A stretch of 64,000 bases of DNA from a bacterium (GCA_037131675.1 JBAXQO010000001.1:25795-89794); one strand, 5' to 3'; counted from the stretch's first letter, positions 47,783 through 58,107 are shown. Translations and numbers: made by a program. Notes: a model not told the origin generated them from the letters alone.

Positions 47783-49237
47783 TTACCTCTCCAAATCTAA
47801 CGTTTCATCAATCCTAATCTTCTCAAAAAATTCTGGAACATGACTTACTAAAACCATTGCCCCCTGGTATTCACTAAGTGCCTTGGCGATGATTGGAAGA
47901 TGACGAAAATTTATATGGTTTGTAGGCTCATCAAGAATAAGAAGCCCCGGTTTCTGAAGAACGAGTCTGGCGAAAGCAACTAATCCTTTCTGGCCTTCAG
48001 AAAGACTTCCAATTTTAGTATTTATTAATTCCCCCGTTATCAGAAACCCAGCCGCAGTAGAACGTAAATCTTCTTCAATGTGTTTTTCCATCACACCCAT
48101 GAGTGAATCGTGAACAGTATCCTCAAAATTTAAAGTTGAAAAATCTTGTCTATAGTATCCAACTTTAACACCCTTAGTAATCATTGCACCAACTGCGGTC
48201 CCTTGAGCAAGAGATTCTAGCAATGTACTTTTACCAATACCATTTGGACCTTTCAAAAGTAAGTGTTGATTCCTCTTCAAAATTACTTTTGTTTTTCGAT
48301 GAATAGTTTTATGAGTCTTTGGATCCATAACAGTATATTCAGAAATTTCTAGAATAGTACCGAGAAGATCTTCTGGTACAGGAATTCTAAAAGGTCGAAT
48401 TGTTTTATCTTCCCTTCTAACATCAACTTTTTCCTCTTCAAGCTCTTCAGCTTTTTCTCTCATGCGTCTAGCCACCAGACGCATCTGACCACCTTTGTTT
48501 GCAAAAAAGTTTGCTTTGTCTTTATTTTCTTGTATTTCTTTTGCCAACTGAGCATTCTTGCGATTCTCTTTTTCAATTCGAGCAGAAATTTCTTTGAGTA
48601 AATCGAAATATGTACCAACATACTGTTCTACTTTCCTAGTGAAGACATCTAGGTACAAAACCCCATCTGTAAAAGAGTTCAAAAAATCAGCATCGTGAGA
48701 AATTACAATACAAGTCTTTTTATAATTTTTAATAAAGTCCGTAAGATGAGCGATTCCTTTTTTATCCAAATTATTGGTAGGCTCATCCAAAAGAAGAATG
48801 TCTGGATTTTGAATAATAGCAGATGCCAAGAGAAGTCTTGCTTGCTGTCCGCCAGAAAATGTTTTTATGATTTTGTCATGTGGAGCATGTAGATTTACCA
48901 CCTCCAAAACTTCTTCAATACGTGGGTCGATATCATAAACCTTTTTATCAAAGCATTTTTCAAAAAATTCACGAACAGTAAGAGCAAGATCCTCGCGTGG
49001 AATAACTTGCCGAGAAAGCGCGATTACACCTCTTCCACAATGAATTTCGCCGTCTTCTGGAACAAGTGCACCTGTAATCAATTTAAAAATAGTACTTTTC
49101 CCAGCACCGTTCTGGCCCATAATAGTAATCTTTGATCCTCTTCGTATAGAAAAACTAACCCCATCCAAGATGGGTTTATTGTGTCCAAATTCAAATGACA
49201 CATTATCAAATCTAACAACAACTTCTTCACGAGACAT
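47783..49237 (-). CDS. ABC-F family ATPase
   Basis: Two ABC domains (GQNGAGKS/FSGGQ/LDEPTN; GPNGIGKS/LSEGQ/LDEPTN) and no TM segments. Confidence 0.92.
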   Translation of the reverse strand: MSREEVVVRFDNVSFEFGHNKPILDGVSFSIRRGSKITIMGQNGAGKSTIFKLITGALVPEDGEIHCGRGVIALSRQVIPREDLALTVREFFEKCFDKKVYDIDPRIEEVLEVVNLHAPHDKIIKTFSGGQQARLLLASAIIQNPDILLLDEPTNNLDKKGIAHLTDFIKNYKKTCIVISHDADFLNSFTDGVLYLDVFTRKVEQYVGTYFDLLKEISARIEKENRKNAQLAKEIQENKDKANFFANKGGQMRLVARRMREKAEELEEEKVDVRREDKTIRPFRIPVPEDLLGTILEISEYTVMDPKTHKTIHRKTKVILKRNQHLLLKGPNGIGKSTLLESLAQGTAVGAMITKGVKVGYYRQDFSTLNFEDTVHDSLMGVMEKHIEEDLRSTAAGFLITGELINTKIGSLSEGQKGLVAFARLVLQKPGLLILDEPTNHINFRHLPIIAKALSEYQGAMVLVSHVPEFFEKIRIDETLDLER

Positions 49238-49295
49238 GTGCTACACCATAACACACAATCGCTTCTTATGCCTAATATATGCTAGGATACTTTGC

Positions 49296-50564
49296 ATGGA
49301 TACGAATCTAGAAACTGGAAAGTCTGTTTGGGACGTTGTAGTCATTGGTGGCGGACCATCTGGCATGATGGCTGCTGGACGTGCTGCAGAACGTGGCACC
49401 AAGGTTATTCTCATTGAAAAAAATGAAAACCTCGGAAAAAAACTTCTAATTTCGGGTGGGGGCCGTTGTAACTTAACCAACGCTGAATTTGATACGCGTA
49501 AATTTCTAGATAAATTTAAAGGCAGTAATAAATTCCTGTTCTCAACATTCTCAAAATGGAATGTGAAAGACACCCTAGACTTTTTTAACTCAAGAAAAAT
49601 GGAAACAAAAATTGAGGCATTTCAACGCGTGTTTCCTATTACAGACAAAGCGCAATCCGTGTTGAATGTTTTAGTAGAATATATGAAACAAGGAAATGTT
49701 ACAGTGATTTCAAATAGTGAAGTTCTGGGCTTTGAGGTAGACAATCAAAAAATAACTGCAATAAAAATTAAAGGTAAAAATAATATTTTCGCTAAGCAAT
49801 TTATTTTAGCAACAGGTGGAACCTCCCACCCAGAAACAGGTTCGACTGGCGACGGTTTTAAGTGGCTACAAAAAATTGGACACGAAATAATAGAACCCAG
49901 CGCAGCACTTGTACCAATCGCACTAAAAGATGATTGGATAAAAGATTTACAAGGTACCACCCTAGAAAAAACAAAAATTTCTATTTTCCAAAATAATGTT
50001 AAACAGGCTTCGCGTATAGGAAAAATTCTTTTTACGCACTTTGGAGTTTCAGGTCCTGCAATTCTAAATATGAGCCAGGAAGTCGGTGAGCTTTTAAAAT
50101 ATGGCGATGTTGTAATTTCATTAGATATTTTACCAGAACTAGATTATGGGCAACTTAACTTAAAACTTCAGGAAATTTTCAAAGAACATAGCAATAAAAA
50201 TTTCAAAAATAGTCTAGCGACATTAATTCCTTCATCATTTGTTCCAATTATTATCAAATTATCTGGTATTAATGGAGATACATTGAGTCATAGCGTAACT
50301 CGAGAACAAAGACTAAACTTGATACAAGTATTAAAATCCATTCCCCTGCATGTTAAAGAATTGTTGGGGGCGGAAAAAGCAATAATCACATCAGGAGGTG
50401 TAAAACCAGAGGAGGTTGACTGGAAATCGATGCATTCCAAAATATTCCCAAATTTGTTTTTAATTGGAGATATTTTAAATATTGATCGCCCATCTGGTGG
50501 CTACAGTTTACAGCTTTGTTGGACCACAGGTTTTGTGGCCGGAGATTCAGTAGAAGTGAACTAA
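49296..50564 (+). CDS. HI0933/BaiN-family FAD-dependent oxidoreductase
   Basis: GGGPSGMMAA, GKKLLISGGGRCNLTN, LFTHFGVSGP, GGYSLQ. Confidence 0.92.
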   Translation: MDTNLETGKSVWDVVVIGGGPSGMMAAGRAAERGTKVILIEKNENLGKKLLISGGGRCNLTNAEFDTRKFLDKFKGSNKFLFSTFSKWNVKDTLDFFNSRKMETKIEAFQRVFPITDKAQSVLNVLVEYMKQGNVTVISNSEVLGFEVDNQKITAIKIKGKNNIFAKQFILATGGTSHPETGSTGDGFKWLQKIGHEIIEPSAALVPIALKDDWIKDLQGTTLEKTKISIFQNNVKQASRIGKILFTHFGVSGPAILNMSQEVGELLKYGDVVISLDILPELDYGQLNLKLQEIFKEHSNKNFKNSLATLIPSSFVPIIIKLSGINGDTLSHSVTREQRLNLIQVLKSIPLHVKELLGAEKAIITSGGVKPEEVDWKSMHSKIFPNLFLIGDILNIDRPSGGYSLQLCWTTGFVAGDSVEVN

Positions 50565-51127
50565 TATTTACGAACAACCCCTTTTACAATAGCCGCTATC
50601 TTTAATTCCTCGGTTGGATATATTGGTTTGAATTTTTTATTTGCAGGTTCCAAATAAACTTTATTCCCCTCTTTTCTATAATATTTCATGGTCCAACCAC
50701 CATCTACCTCAGCAATAACAATATCTCCAACTTTTGGTTCCCCACGCCTCTCAGCTATTACTAGGTCTCCTTCTTGAATACCAGCATCAATCATTGACTC
50801 ACCTTTAACTTCCAGTAAATAAGTAGACTCTTTATGTTCTATTAAATAATTATCAATACTGATAGTATCCAACATATCTTCCTCAGCTGCGGATGGAAAA
50901 CCTGCTTCTACGAGCCCGAGAAGAGGCACTTCATCTAGACGATTATTTGGTATAAGCCTGCCTTTATTGTCTTTAGAAACCACCTCCGCTTCAACAAGTT
51001 TATCTATTAGTTTATATACAGCATTCTTTGATTTAAAACCGACCAAGTCCATAATTTCCTGATAGCTTGGCATTCTGCGATGTCGGTGATAAAAAGAAAC
51101 AATTTTATTTTTATATTCTTCAATCAT
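50561..51127 (-). CDS. lexA: LexA-family repressor
   Basis: PSYQEI winged HTH, VEAGFP cleavage site, GESM catalytic Ser, TMK catalytic Lys. Confidence 0.85.
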   Translation of the reverse strand: MIEEYKNKIVSFYHRHRRMPSYQEIMDLVGFKSKNAVYKLIDKLVEAEVVSKDNKGRLIPNNRLDEVPLLGLVEAGFPSAAEEDMLDTISIDNYLIEHKESTYLLEVKGESMIDAGIQEGDLVIAERRGEPKVGDIVIAEVDGGWTMKYYRKEGNKVYLEPANKKFKPIYPTEELKIAAIVKGVVRKY

Positions 51128-51327
51128 AGTATAAAAGTTGAAACGAGACTAAAAGATTTCTGCAACCAACCGCTTTGGCGATTTAGTCTTTGTAATTGTT
51201 TTAAAAGAAACTTATGTCGCAAGGCCTCTTTACCGTATGAAAGACCTTTGATTATTTTAAGGTCAATCTCATTGTTGAGTTTTCGTATCTCTCCTTCGAT
51301 TGTTTTTTTGAATGTGTGACTACTCAT
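51124..51327 (-). CDS. Small hypothetical protein co-transcribed with lexA
   Basis: 67 aa, with an ATGA overlap to lexA. Confidence 0.6.
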   Translation of the reverse strand: MSSHTFKKTIEGEIRKLNNEIDLKIIKGLSYGKEALRHKFLLKQLQRLNRQSGWLQKSFSLVSTFIL

Positions 51328-51358
51328 GTTTTTATAAGTTATCTTGGCTGATGTATAT

Positions 51359-51387
51359 AGTATAGGTGAACAATCGTTCACCGTCAC
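51359..51387 (-). promoter_or_regulatory. Promoter containing a LexA/SOS box
   Basis: GTGACG-17 nt-TATACT, whose spacer is the palindrome GGTGAAC-AATC-GTTCACC (GAAC-N4-GTTC). Confidence 0.8.
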
Positions 51388-51492
51388 TGTGGATATGTAA
51401 ACAGAACATATCTGGCGAAAAATGTAAAAAACATTTTTAAAATAATTAGATTAATGGCCGTAAAAAAGAGGTGGGATTTTATAAAATATATA

Positions 51493-52776
51493 TTATTTTA
51501 AAAAAGTAAAAAACATAGCGACAACAGCAGAAGCCATTAGGAAAAAAGTTGCCCAAATAAGCACTTTTGAAAGTGCCCCGCTTTTATGTTCTCCCATTAT
51601 TTTTTCACTACTTGCAATTTTTGCAATTATGAAAATAAGCGGAACAGCAACAATACCGTTAATAACTGCAGTAATCACCAATGCCTTCACTGGATCAATT
51701 CCGATAAAATTAATACATAGACCAACCAAGGTTGCGATGGTAATCACTCCATAAAAACCATGTGCTTTTTTCAGTTTCAAATTAAGACCTTCTCTCCAAT
51801 TAAACGCTTCCGATAAAGCATATGACGCAGATGCTGAAAGAACAGGAACTGCTAGCATGCCTAACCCAACCACCCCAATAGCAAATATTATTTTTGCCAA
51901 AACTCCAGCATATGGAAATGTTTGTACCAAAGGTTCGAGTGCTTTAGCAGCATCAGCAGCTGTGGCAATATCTGTAACACCATTACTATGAAGCACTGTT
52001 GCTGCCACCACAATCATACACCAGCAGGCAATTTGGGAAGAAAGCATCCCTAAAAAATTATCAATCCTTAGAGAACGCATAAAAGACTTTGTAAGTTTTG
52101 GCTTTCCATTATGAATCAGATGTTTTCTGTGTTCCTCTTCTACCTCTTCTGAAGCTTCCCAGAAAAACATATACGGAGAAATTGTCGTTCCAAGAACCCC
52201 TGTGATAATAAAAAAGAAAGAAAAATTAAATTCAATATGAGGAATAAAAGTTGCGTTTAAAATAACACCCCAAGGTTCACGCACAATAAAAACTGTCACA
52301 ACATAAGAGAACAAAGACAACGCCAACCACTTTAATATACGGGCATAGTTAATATAGGAAACAAAAATTTCTAATACTAAAATAACAATGGTGAAAATTA
52401 GAGTGAGAAGAATAAATGGGACAGGAAAAATCAACCCAGCCGCTGCAGCCATCGCACCAAGATCAGCGCCGATATTAATAGTATTTGCTACCAACACCAA
52501 AATAACCATAAAATACAGAACTTTTTTACTATAGTACTCTTTAACAACAGCAGCGATACCCTTTCCAGTCACTGCACCAATACGTGCACAAGCCTCTTGA
52601 ACGGCTGTCATTAGCGGAAGAAGAAATACTACAGCCCAAAGTTGGCCATAACCAAATTGAGCACCGGTTTGAGAATATGTCGCTATACCAGATGGATCAT
52701 CATCCGCTGCGCCGGTAATCAACCCAGGTCCAACAACTTTTTCCAATTTTTTTAATTTTCTTCCGAATTTAAACAC
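51493..52776 (-). CDS. Nramp-family divalent metal transporter
   Basis: GPGLITGAADDDPSGIATYSQ, GTTISPYMFFW; about 11 TM helices. Confidence 0.9.
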   Translation of the reverse strand: MFKFGRKLKKLEKVVGPGLITGAADDDPSGIATYSQTGAQFGYGQLWAVVFLLPLMTAVQEACARIGAVTGKGIAAVVKEYYSKKVLYFMVILVLVANTINIGADLGAMAAAAGLIFPVPFILLTLIFTIVILVLEIFVSYINYARILKWLALSLFSYVVTVFIVREPWGVILNATFIPHIEFNFSFFFIITGVLGTTISPYMFFWEASEEVEEEHRKHLIHNGKPKLTKSFMRSLRIDNFLGMLSSQIACWCMIVVAATVLHSNGVTDIATAADAAKALEPLVQTFPYAGVLAKIIFAIGVVGLGMLAVPVLSASASYALSEAFNWREGLNLKLKKAHGFYGVITIATLVGLCINFIGIDPVKALVITAVINGIVAVPLIFIIAKIASSEKIMGEHKSGALSKVLIWATFFLMASAVVAMFFTFLK

Positions 52777-52892
52777 GAATAAAGTATATCATGACAAATA
52801 TCTTTTTGTTGTATTTATTTTGTGAACTTAGTACTTCCATAGGCAACAAAAAAACAGAGACTAATGTCTCTGTTTTTTCTAATTTTTAATAT

Positions 52893-53660
52893 TTAGAAAC
52901 CAAGAAACCGACTGAAGAAGTTAGCTATGCCGCCAAAGAAACCCTTGGGTTTTTCTTGTTTATTTTCAGTTGATGAAGCAGGTGCAACACCATGATCAAT
53001 AACTGAAGATGCTGCAATTGATGTTCCATTTACAGTACCCTGAACAACAACTATGTCATTCACCGCAACACTAGAAAGTGTTGATGTTGCATTATCTTTT
53101 TGTACAAATGCATTTGTGGCATCTACTGTATACACAACACCTCCTTTGTTAGTAACTGTTAGAGTTGTCCCACTTATAGCAGTTATATTGCCTCCAATAA
53201 CTGGCTGGCCATTGCCTTGAAAATTAGGATTTCGTTTTTGTCCATCAGGCATATTTCCTTTTACAGAAACTCCATCCCTGATATTTGTCGCAACAACATT
53301 GGTACCATCTACTTTACCTTGAACTATAATTTTATCCCCCACAACAATATTTGAAACACTAGAAGTGGCATTATCTTTGGTAACTTTTGAATTTGAGGCG
53401 TCTACAGTATATACAACACTTGTACTGGTGCCGTTTGGACGAACCTGACTATTTACAGTAATTGTTGTTCCACTTATTGAAGCAACTGTTCCAAAAACAC
53501 CAAATTGTCTGTGCACACCTACGCCTCGTTTATTATCACCACTGAAATTCCTATGAGGAGCATTCCCTGCAGTAACGGTATCAGCTAAAGCTGGTAAAGA
53601 AAAAATAAAACTAGATAAAAGTCCAGTCACCACCAACAATGACACATACTTCTTTTTCAT
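52893..53660 (-). CDS. Secreted protein with two DUF5666-like repeats
   Basis: Signal peptide; duplicated ISGTT.TV..VVYTVDA.N..V.KDNATS..S..V.D.IVVQG. Confidence 0.7.
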   Translation of the reverse strand: MKKKYVSLLVVTGLLSSFIFSLPALADTVTAGNAPHRNFSGDNKRGVGVHRQFGVFGTVASISGTTITVNSQVRPNGTSTSVVYTVDASNSKVTKDNATSSVSNIVVGDKIIVQGKVDGTNVVATNIRDGVSVKGNMPDGQKRNPNFQGNGQPVIGGNITAISGTTLTVTNKGGVVYTVDATNAFVQKDNATSTLSSVAVNDIVVVQGTVNGTSIAASSVIDHGVAPASSTENKQEKPKGFFGGIANFFSRFLGF

Positions 53661-53934
53661 ATTATAAGATATAAACATTATTTAATAACAAATTTAGACA
53701 CTTAAACATAAAGTTGAGTTTTCAACCCAGTGTCTCTCCCCTATATATACGCATTAGAAACAGAGAGAGGTGCATATGTATAATTTATATCTGATTACTT
53801 TATTATAAAAATCTAAATAAAGCCTCTACTGAAACGTATAAAAAAATATTCATGAAGAAAGTACTGTAGACTCAACATTTACAAAGACAAAACCCATTAC
53901 CGCTTGTTAAGATTGATGTATAATCAGAGTAATT

Positions 53935-54522
53935 ATGGCCTATTTCCTAAATCCCCTTATCTCACTTCTACTATCATATAAATATATTACCTTATTTTTG
54001 ATTATATTTTCTGGAGGCATTATAGTGCCATGGCCTGAAAATACTTTATTGTTAGCCACCGGAGCCTTTGCGAGCCAAGGATATCTAAACTTGGCAATAT
54101 CTTTTATAGTAGCACTGACAGCAAACATACTTGGTGATTCAATTGGCTATTATCTGACTAAAAGATGGGGATACAAAATTATCAAAGAGAGTAAAATAAA
54201 AAAATACAAGTATGTAAAACAGGCAGAAAAATATTTATTGGACCATTCAGGGATAACAATTTTTATTTCACGTTTTGTAGGAGCAATAGGACAACTTGTT
54301 AACTTTATGTCTGGGCTTATAGGTATATCATTCCGACATTTTATCCTTTTCGATATTATAGGTAATGCACTAGAAATAGGAATATTTATGGTTGCTGGGT
54401 ATCTACTAGGAAACACGTGGAGAAACTTTTTAGGAATCACTGATATTGTTGGGTGGATACTTCTAGCATTTTTTTTGATAAATATACTTATAAACTTTTT
54501 TAGAAAAATAAAAAAGACTTAG
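53935..54522 (+). CDS. DedA family membrane protein
   Basis: PWPENTLL, LGDSIGY, ISRFVG. Confidence 0.88.
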   Translation: MAYFLNPLISLLLSYKYITLFLIIFSGGIIVPWPENTLLLATGAFASQGYLNLAISFIVALTANILGDSIGYYLTKRWGYKIIKESKIKKYKYVKQAEKYLLDHSGITIFISRFVGAIGQLVNFMSGLIGISFRHFILFDIIGNALEIGIFMVAGYLLGNTWRNFLGITDIVGWILLAFFLINILINFFRKIKKT

Positions 54523-54660
54523 ATAATTGGCGTGCGGAACATCAGTTACTGTAAATGTGAGGGGCTTTCTTGTCTTTTTATCTCTTTTAAGTAATATACC
54601 TCACCAGATGGATACGGGAATGAATTCCGTATCATTGACAACAAAACAGAAACACAGGCC

Positions 54661-55968
54661 ATGAAAAAAATAATAGCTGGTATCCTTCTCACTGAAGGTA
54701 AGACAAAAGAGGTATTTGCCGTTGAGGGCGACCCTCATGCGGTATTGATTGAATCAAAAGACGACATCACTGCCGGCGATGGCGCCAAACACGACATCTT
54801 AGAAGGCAAAGCGGTGTTCGCGACTCAAACCACTTGCAACGTATTCACTCTCCTTCGGGATTGTGGAATTCCTGTGGCATTTCGTGAGCAAATTGCTCCA
54901 ACTGCATTTACCGCGGACCGCTGCACCATGTTGCCTTACGAGGTAGTGGTTCGACGCGAAGCACACGGTTCCTACCTGAAGCGTATGCCTGGCCTTGCAA
55001 AAGGTCATCTTTTTCCAAAGCTCCTTGTGGAGTTTTTCCTGAAGACAAACAATCGACGTTGGAAGGAGCATGACCTCCTCTGCGACGATCCACTTATGGA
55101 ATACGCAGACGGAAAAATACACCTATACGAACCGTCGAAACCGATCCATGGACAGAAGCCTTTTCTTTCCCTCGATGAAGACGAGGTCTTTTACTCCTTG
55201 GAATGGAAATGCTTCGATAGAATGAGGAAAATCGCCCAACGAGTGTTCCTCATCTTGGAAAAAGCTTGGCAGATTGAAGGTGGAAAGCTTGTCGACTTCA
55301 AGGTCGAGTTTGGTCTCACTAACCTGACATGCGAATTGTGTCTCGCCGATGTTATCGACAATGATTCATGGCGAGTAATAGAAAACGGATCGTATATCGA
55401 CAAACAGGTTTACCGCGATGGTGGCGATCTCAACGAAGTGATGGTGAAATATCGTCGTGTTGCCGAGGTCACAAGCCGTTTCCGTTTACCATCACAACAG
55501 ATCATCATCTGGCGCGGATCTGACAAGGACGACGTGAGTCCAGTGGTGAATGCGCTCGATCAGATGTGTGAAGGTTTCTATGGGGCCTGTCAGCGTCTCA
55601 AACTCATTACGAAAACCTGTTCTATTCACAAGGAACCGATTCGTGGTCTGAACATGCTTCACTCGCTCATTCAGGAGGTGCCAAATTCTGTAGTGATTGC
55701 TTTCATTGGGCGATCCAATGGAGCCGGCCCCACATTGTCCGCACACACAACAGTTCCAGTCATCACAGTTCCGGCGAGTTTCAAAGACTTTCCGGAAGAT
55801 GTCTGGTCTTCACTGCGCACACCTTCAAGCGTGCCGGTCACCACGGTGCTCGAACCCTCGAACGCCGCCATGGCTGCAGTTGAGATTCTAGCTCTCAACA
55901 ATCCGTTTCTTTACATGTTTCTTCGGGAACAGCTCGAAAAGCGATTGGTCAACTGCATTCCAGTCTGA
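54661..55968 (+). CDS. Bifunctional SAICAR synthetase / AIR carboxylase (PurC-PurE fusion, PAICS-like)
   Basis: EGKTK, KDDITAGD, DFKVEFG, LADVIDNDSWR, DKQVYR; C-terminal GSDKD, SIHK, GRSNGAGP, SSLRTPS. Confidence 0.9.
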   Translation: MKKIIAGILLTEGKTKEVFAVEGDPHAVLIESKDDITAGDGAKHDILEGKAVFATQTTCNVFTLLRDCGIPVAFREQIAPTAFTADRCTMLPYEVVVRREAHGSYLKRMPGLAKGHLFPKLLVEFFLKTNNRRWKEHDLLCDDPLMEYADGKIHLYEPSKPIHGQKPFLSLDEDEVFYSLEWKCFDRMRKIAQRVFLILEKAWQIEGGKLVDFKVEFGLTNLTCELCLADVIDNDSWRVIENGSYIDKQVYRDGGDLNEVMVKYRRVAEVTSRFRLPSQQIIIWRGSDKDDVSPVVNALDQMCEGFYGACQRLKLITKTCSIHKEPIRGLNMLHSLIQEVPNSVVIAFIGRSNGAGPTLSAHTTVPVITVPASFKDFPEDVWSSLRTPSSVPVTTVLEPSNAAMAAVEILALNNPFLYMFLREQLEKRLVNCIPV

Positions 55969-56115
55969 GTTATTCGAACACTAAACCACACTCCGCGAGG
56001 TAACTCTCGTGGAGTATTTTTTTGTTTATCACCCTCCCCCATTACCCACTCCTAATGATTGCTTTTTATCTAAATATGTGATATAATGCTAAGAGACAGA
56101 AAACAGAACCTTCAC

Positions 56116-57291
56116 ATGTATACCTATCCATTACTCCAAAGAGTTTCCGAACTCTACGAAGAGGTGGAGCTCGGTAACGTACTCCTCCTCGCTTGTCAGC
56201 ACCTGCTTGAACCGCAACTGCGAATGTTCGAGCACTTACTCCAGATGGGATTGAAGCCAGAAAACTGTGTAATCGTCGGAAAGAACTATTCCACGAACAC
56301 TGAGGTTATGCAGGAGCTTAAAGCTAAGGGTTGCGTAGTAGCACCCTTCAGCCAAAAGTTTGATCCAATGCAACCATTTGATATTTGGTTTGAGGAAAGA
56401 CTTATCGCTTTTGTTAAAGCGGAAATTTCCAAACACCAGATTGAAAAATATAGCAAAGTGGTTATTCTTGACGATGGCGGCTTTATGCATCTCGTTGTCA
56501 ACGAACTCTGCAAGGACTTCACTACCCTAATTGGGGTTGAACAAACGTCGTCTGGACACCACAAAATCCAGTCTGCAAATATTCAATTTCCTTCAATTTC
56601 TGTAGCACGGTCATACCAGAAACTCATGTTTGAATCTCCCTACATAGGAATAAACGGACATGAAAAGATTATGCAGCATCTTCGGATGCGGCAAAAAAAT
56701 AATCCTAAAGTTCTGGTGATCGGTCTCGGACCTATCGGTAGACAGCTTGCTGGTCAACTTCTCATTTGTGAGAAATTCGATGGCTATGCCGTCGATCCAA
56801 AGCTTGATGAATTGCGACATCGTGGAATGGGCTCGAGAGGAGTGTTTGATTTACTCCGACCCGAACACATCCTTCAACCATGCGAGTTGAAACAAAGGCT
56901 CAAGGAATTTGATCTCATTGTTGGCACAACTGGTTCGCCAGTTCTTACCAATGAAGATATTGAAAACCTCCACCCAGAAGTTTCGCTTGTGAGTATATCG
57001 TCTTCTGATAGAGAGTTTCCAGCGGTGCCATTTAGGCATCACAAAGGAACCCTCCATCAAGATTATGTACTAGGTGCTCGCACCTTGGTAAACGGTGGTT
57101 TCCCGATCACCTTTGATGGACTGAGACATGGTATGCCTCCGCAACAAATCGAGTTAACGATAGCACTCCTTATTATTCGTCTCTTAGATGGGATAGATAA
57201 TCAATTGCAACACCTACCAAGCGTTGTCGAACAAATCCGATTAATGTGGCAGCCGGATGAAGGAGTGAATAACTGGTACAAAAAACCTTAG
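56116..57291 (+). CDS. Divergent S-adenosylhomocysteine-hydrolase-like NAD-binding protein
   Basis: ACQHLL, LDDGG, EQTSSG, GLGPIG, SSDREF, NGGFPITF; TTGCTT-17 nt-TATAAT promoter upstream. Confidence 0.6.
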   Translation: MYTYPLLQRVSELYEEVELGNVLLLACQHLLEPQLRMFEHLLQMGLKPENCVIVGKNYSTNTEVMQELKAKGCVVAPFSQKFDPMQPFDIWFEERLIAFVKAEISKHQIEKYSKVVILDDGGFMHLVVNELCKDFTTLIGVEQTSSGHHKIQSANIQFPSISVARSYQKLMFESPYIGINGHEKIMQHLRMRQKNNPKVLVIGLGPIGRQLAGQLLICEKFDGYAVDPKLDELRHRGMGSRGVFDLLRPEHILQPCELKQRLKEFDLIVGTTGSPVLTNEDIENLHPEVSLVSISSSDREFPAVPFRHHKGTLHQDYVLGARTLVNGGFPITFDGLRHGMPPQQIELTIALLIIRLLDGIDNQLQHLPSVVEQIRLMWQPDEGVNNWYKKP

Positions 57292-57292
57292 C

Positions 57293-57325
57293 AACGGACC
57301 ATCTTGAAAAAGATGGTCCGTTTTA
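57293..57325 (+). terminator. Terminator
   Basis: AACGGACCATCTT-GAAA-AAGATGGTCCGTT plus T tract. Confidence 0.8.
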
Positions 57326-57412
57326 TTATTTAGTATAGGATGTTTTTTAAGAAATTGTTGGTGATATAAACTTGAAACCCTTGAGAACTCGAGGCTTTAA
57401 AAAAATAATATG

Positions 57413-57835
57413 TTATTTCTTTTTTGTTGAAAATGCTCCGACTACAAGCAATACACAGGAAACGATTGGAGCCCAGAGAATTACAGTAAGCCCTGCCATA
57501 AAAATAAACTCTACTATATAAAGTGATGGAGCACTAAAATGAACAGGCTCGGGTACTTGTCCAAATATAACTAGAACTGGAATGAATGCGATAATTTGAG
57601 TAGTTACAATTATAGCTAATATTTTTACTAGCCAGTCCTCAAGTCGTCGCTTTGATAATTCAAGAATCACATAATTGGCGATGAAAAAGGCAATGATAGT
57701 GCTATAGCTCAAAAGAGAGTTTTCAGTCAAAGCAGAAACGTTCCTATACAGAGCATCCAAAAGTGTTGGAAAAAATAAATATAGAACGCCCGCAAACTGG
57801 AATCTATCAATTAATTTTTTTACTTCTTCTTTCAT
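57413..57835 (-). CDS. Hypothetical membrane protein
   Basis: Four hydrophobic segments. Confidence 0.55.
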   Translation of the reverse strand: MKEEVKKLIDRFQFAGVLYLFFPTLLDALYRNVSALTENSLLSYSTIIAFFIANYVILELSKRRLEDWLVKILAIIVTTQIIAFIPVLVIFGQVPEPVHFSAPSLYIVEFIFMAGLTVILWAPIVSCVLLVVGAFSTKKK

Positions 57836-57855
57836 TCTTTCTGTTGGTTAATTTA

Positions 57856-58107
57856 TTACATACGATGAAAACTGTTACCTACCCATTGAAAGTATACTTG
57901 TCCCGTACCTGGATTCACTTCTAGATTTTCAAGTATGGAATCTGATTCCTGATCAAAATCAGGAAATTTATTACTTGATTTTAGAGTACTTAAATCAATT
58001 CCACTTACTCTGAATATAACTGGGCAACCATTATTTGAAAACGTATTTCGAATAATATAGGAAGTATCGTTAGCTTTACGAAATTTTGTGTATTTAAAAT
58101 CTTGCAT
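57856..58107 (-). CDS. Hypothetical protein
   Basis: 83 aa; TATAAT 7 nt before the ATG. Confidence 0.5.
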   Translation of the reverse strand: MQDFKYTKFRKANDTSYIIRNTFSNNGCPVIFRVSGIDLSTLKSSNKFPDFDQESDSILENLEVNPGTGQVYFQWVGNSFHRM

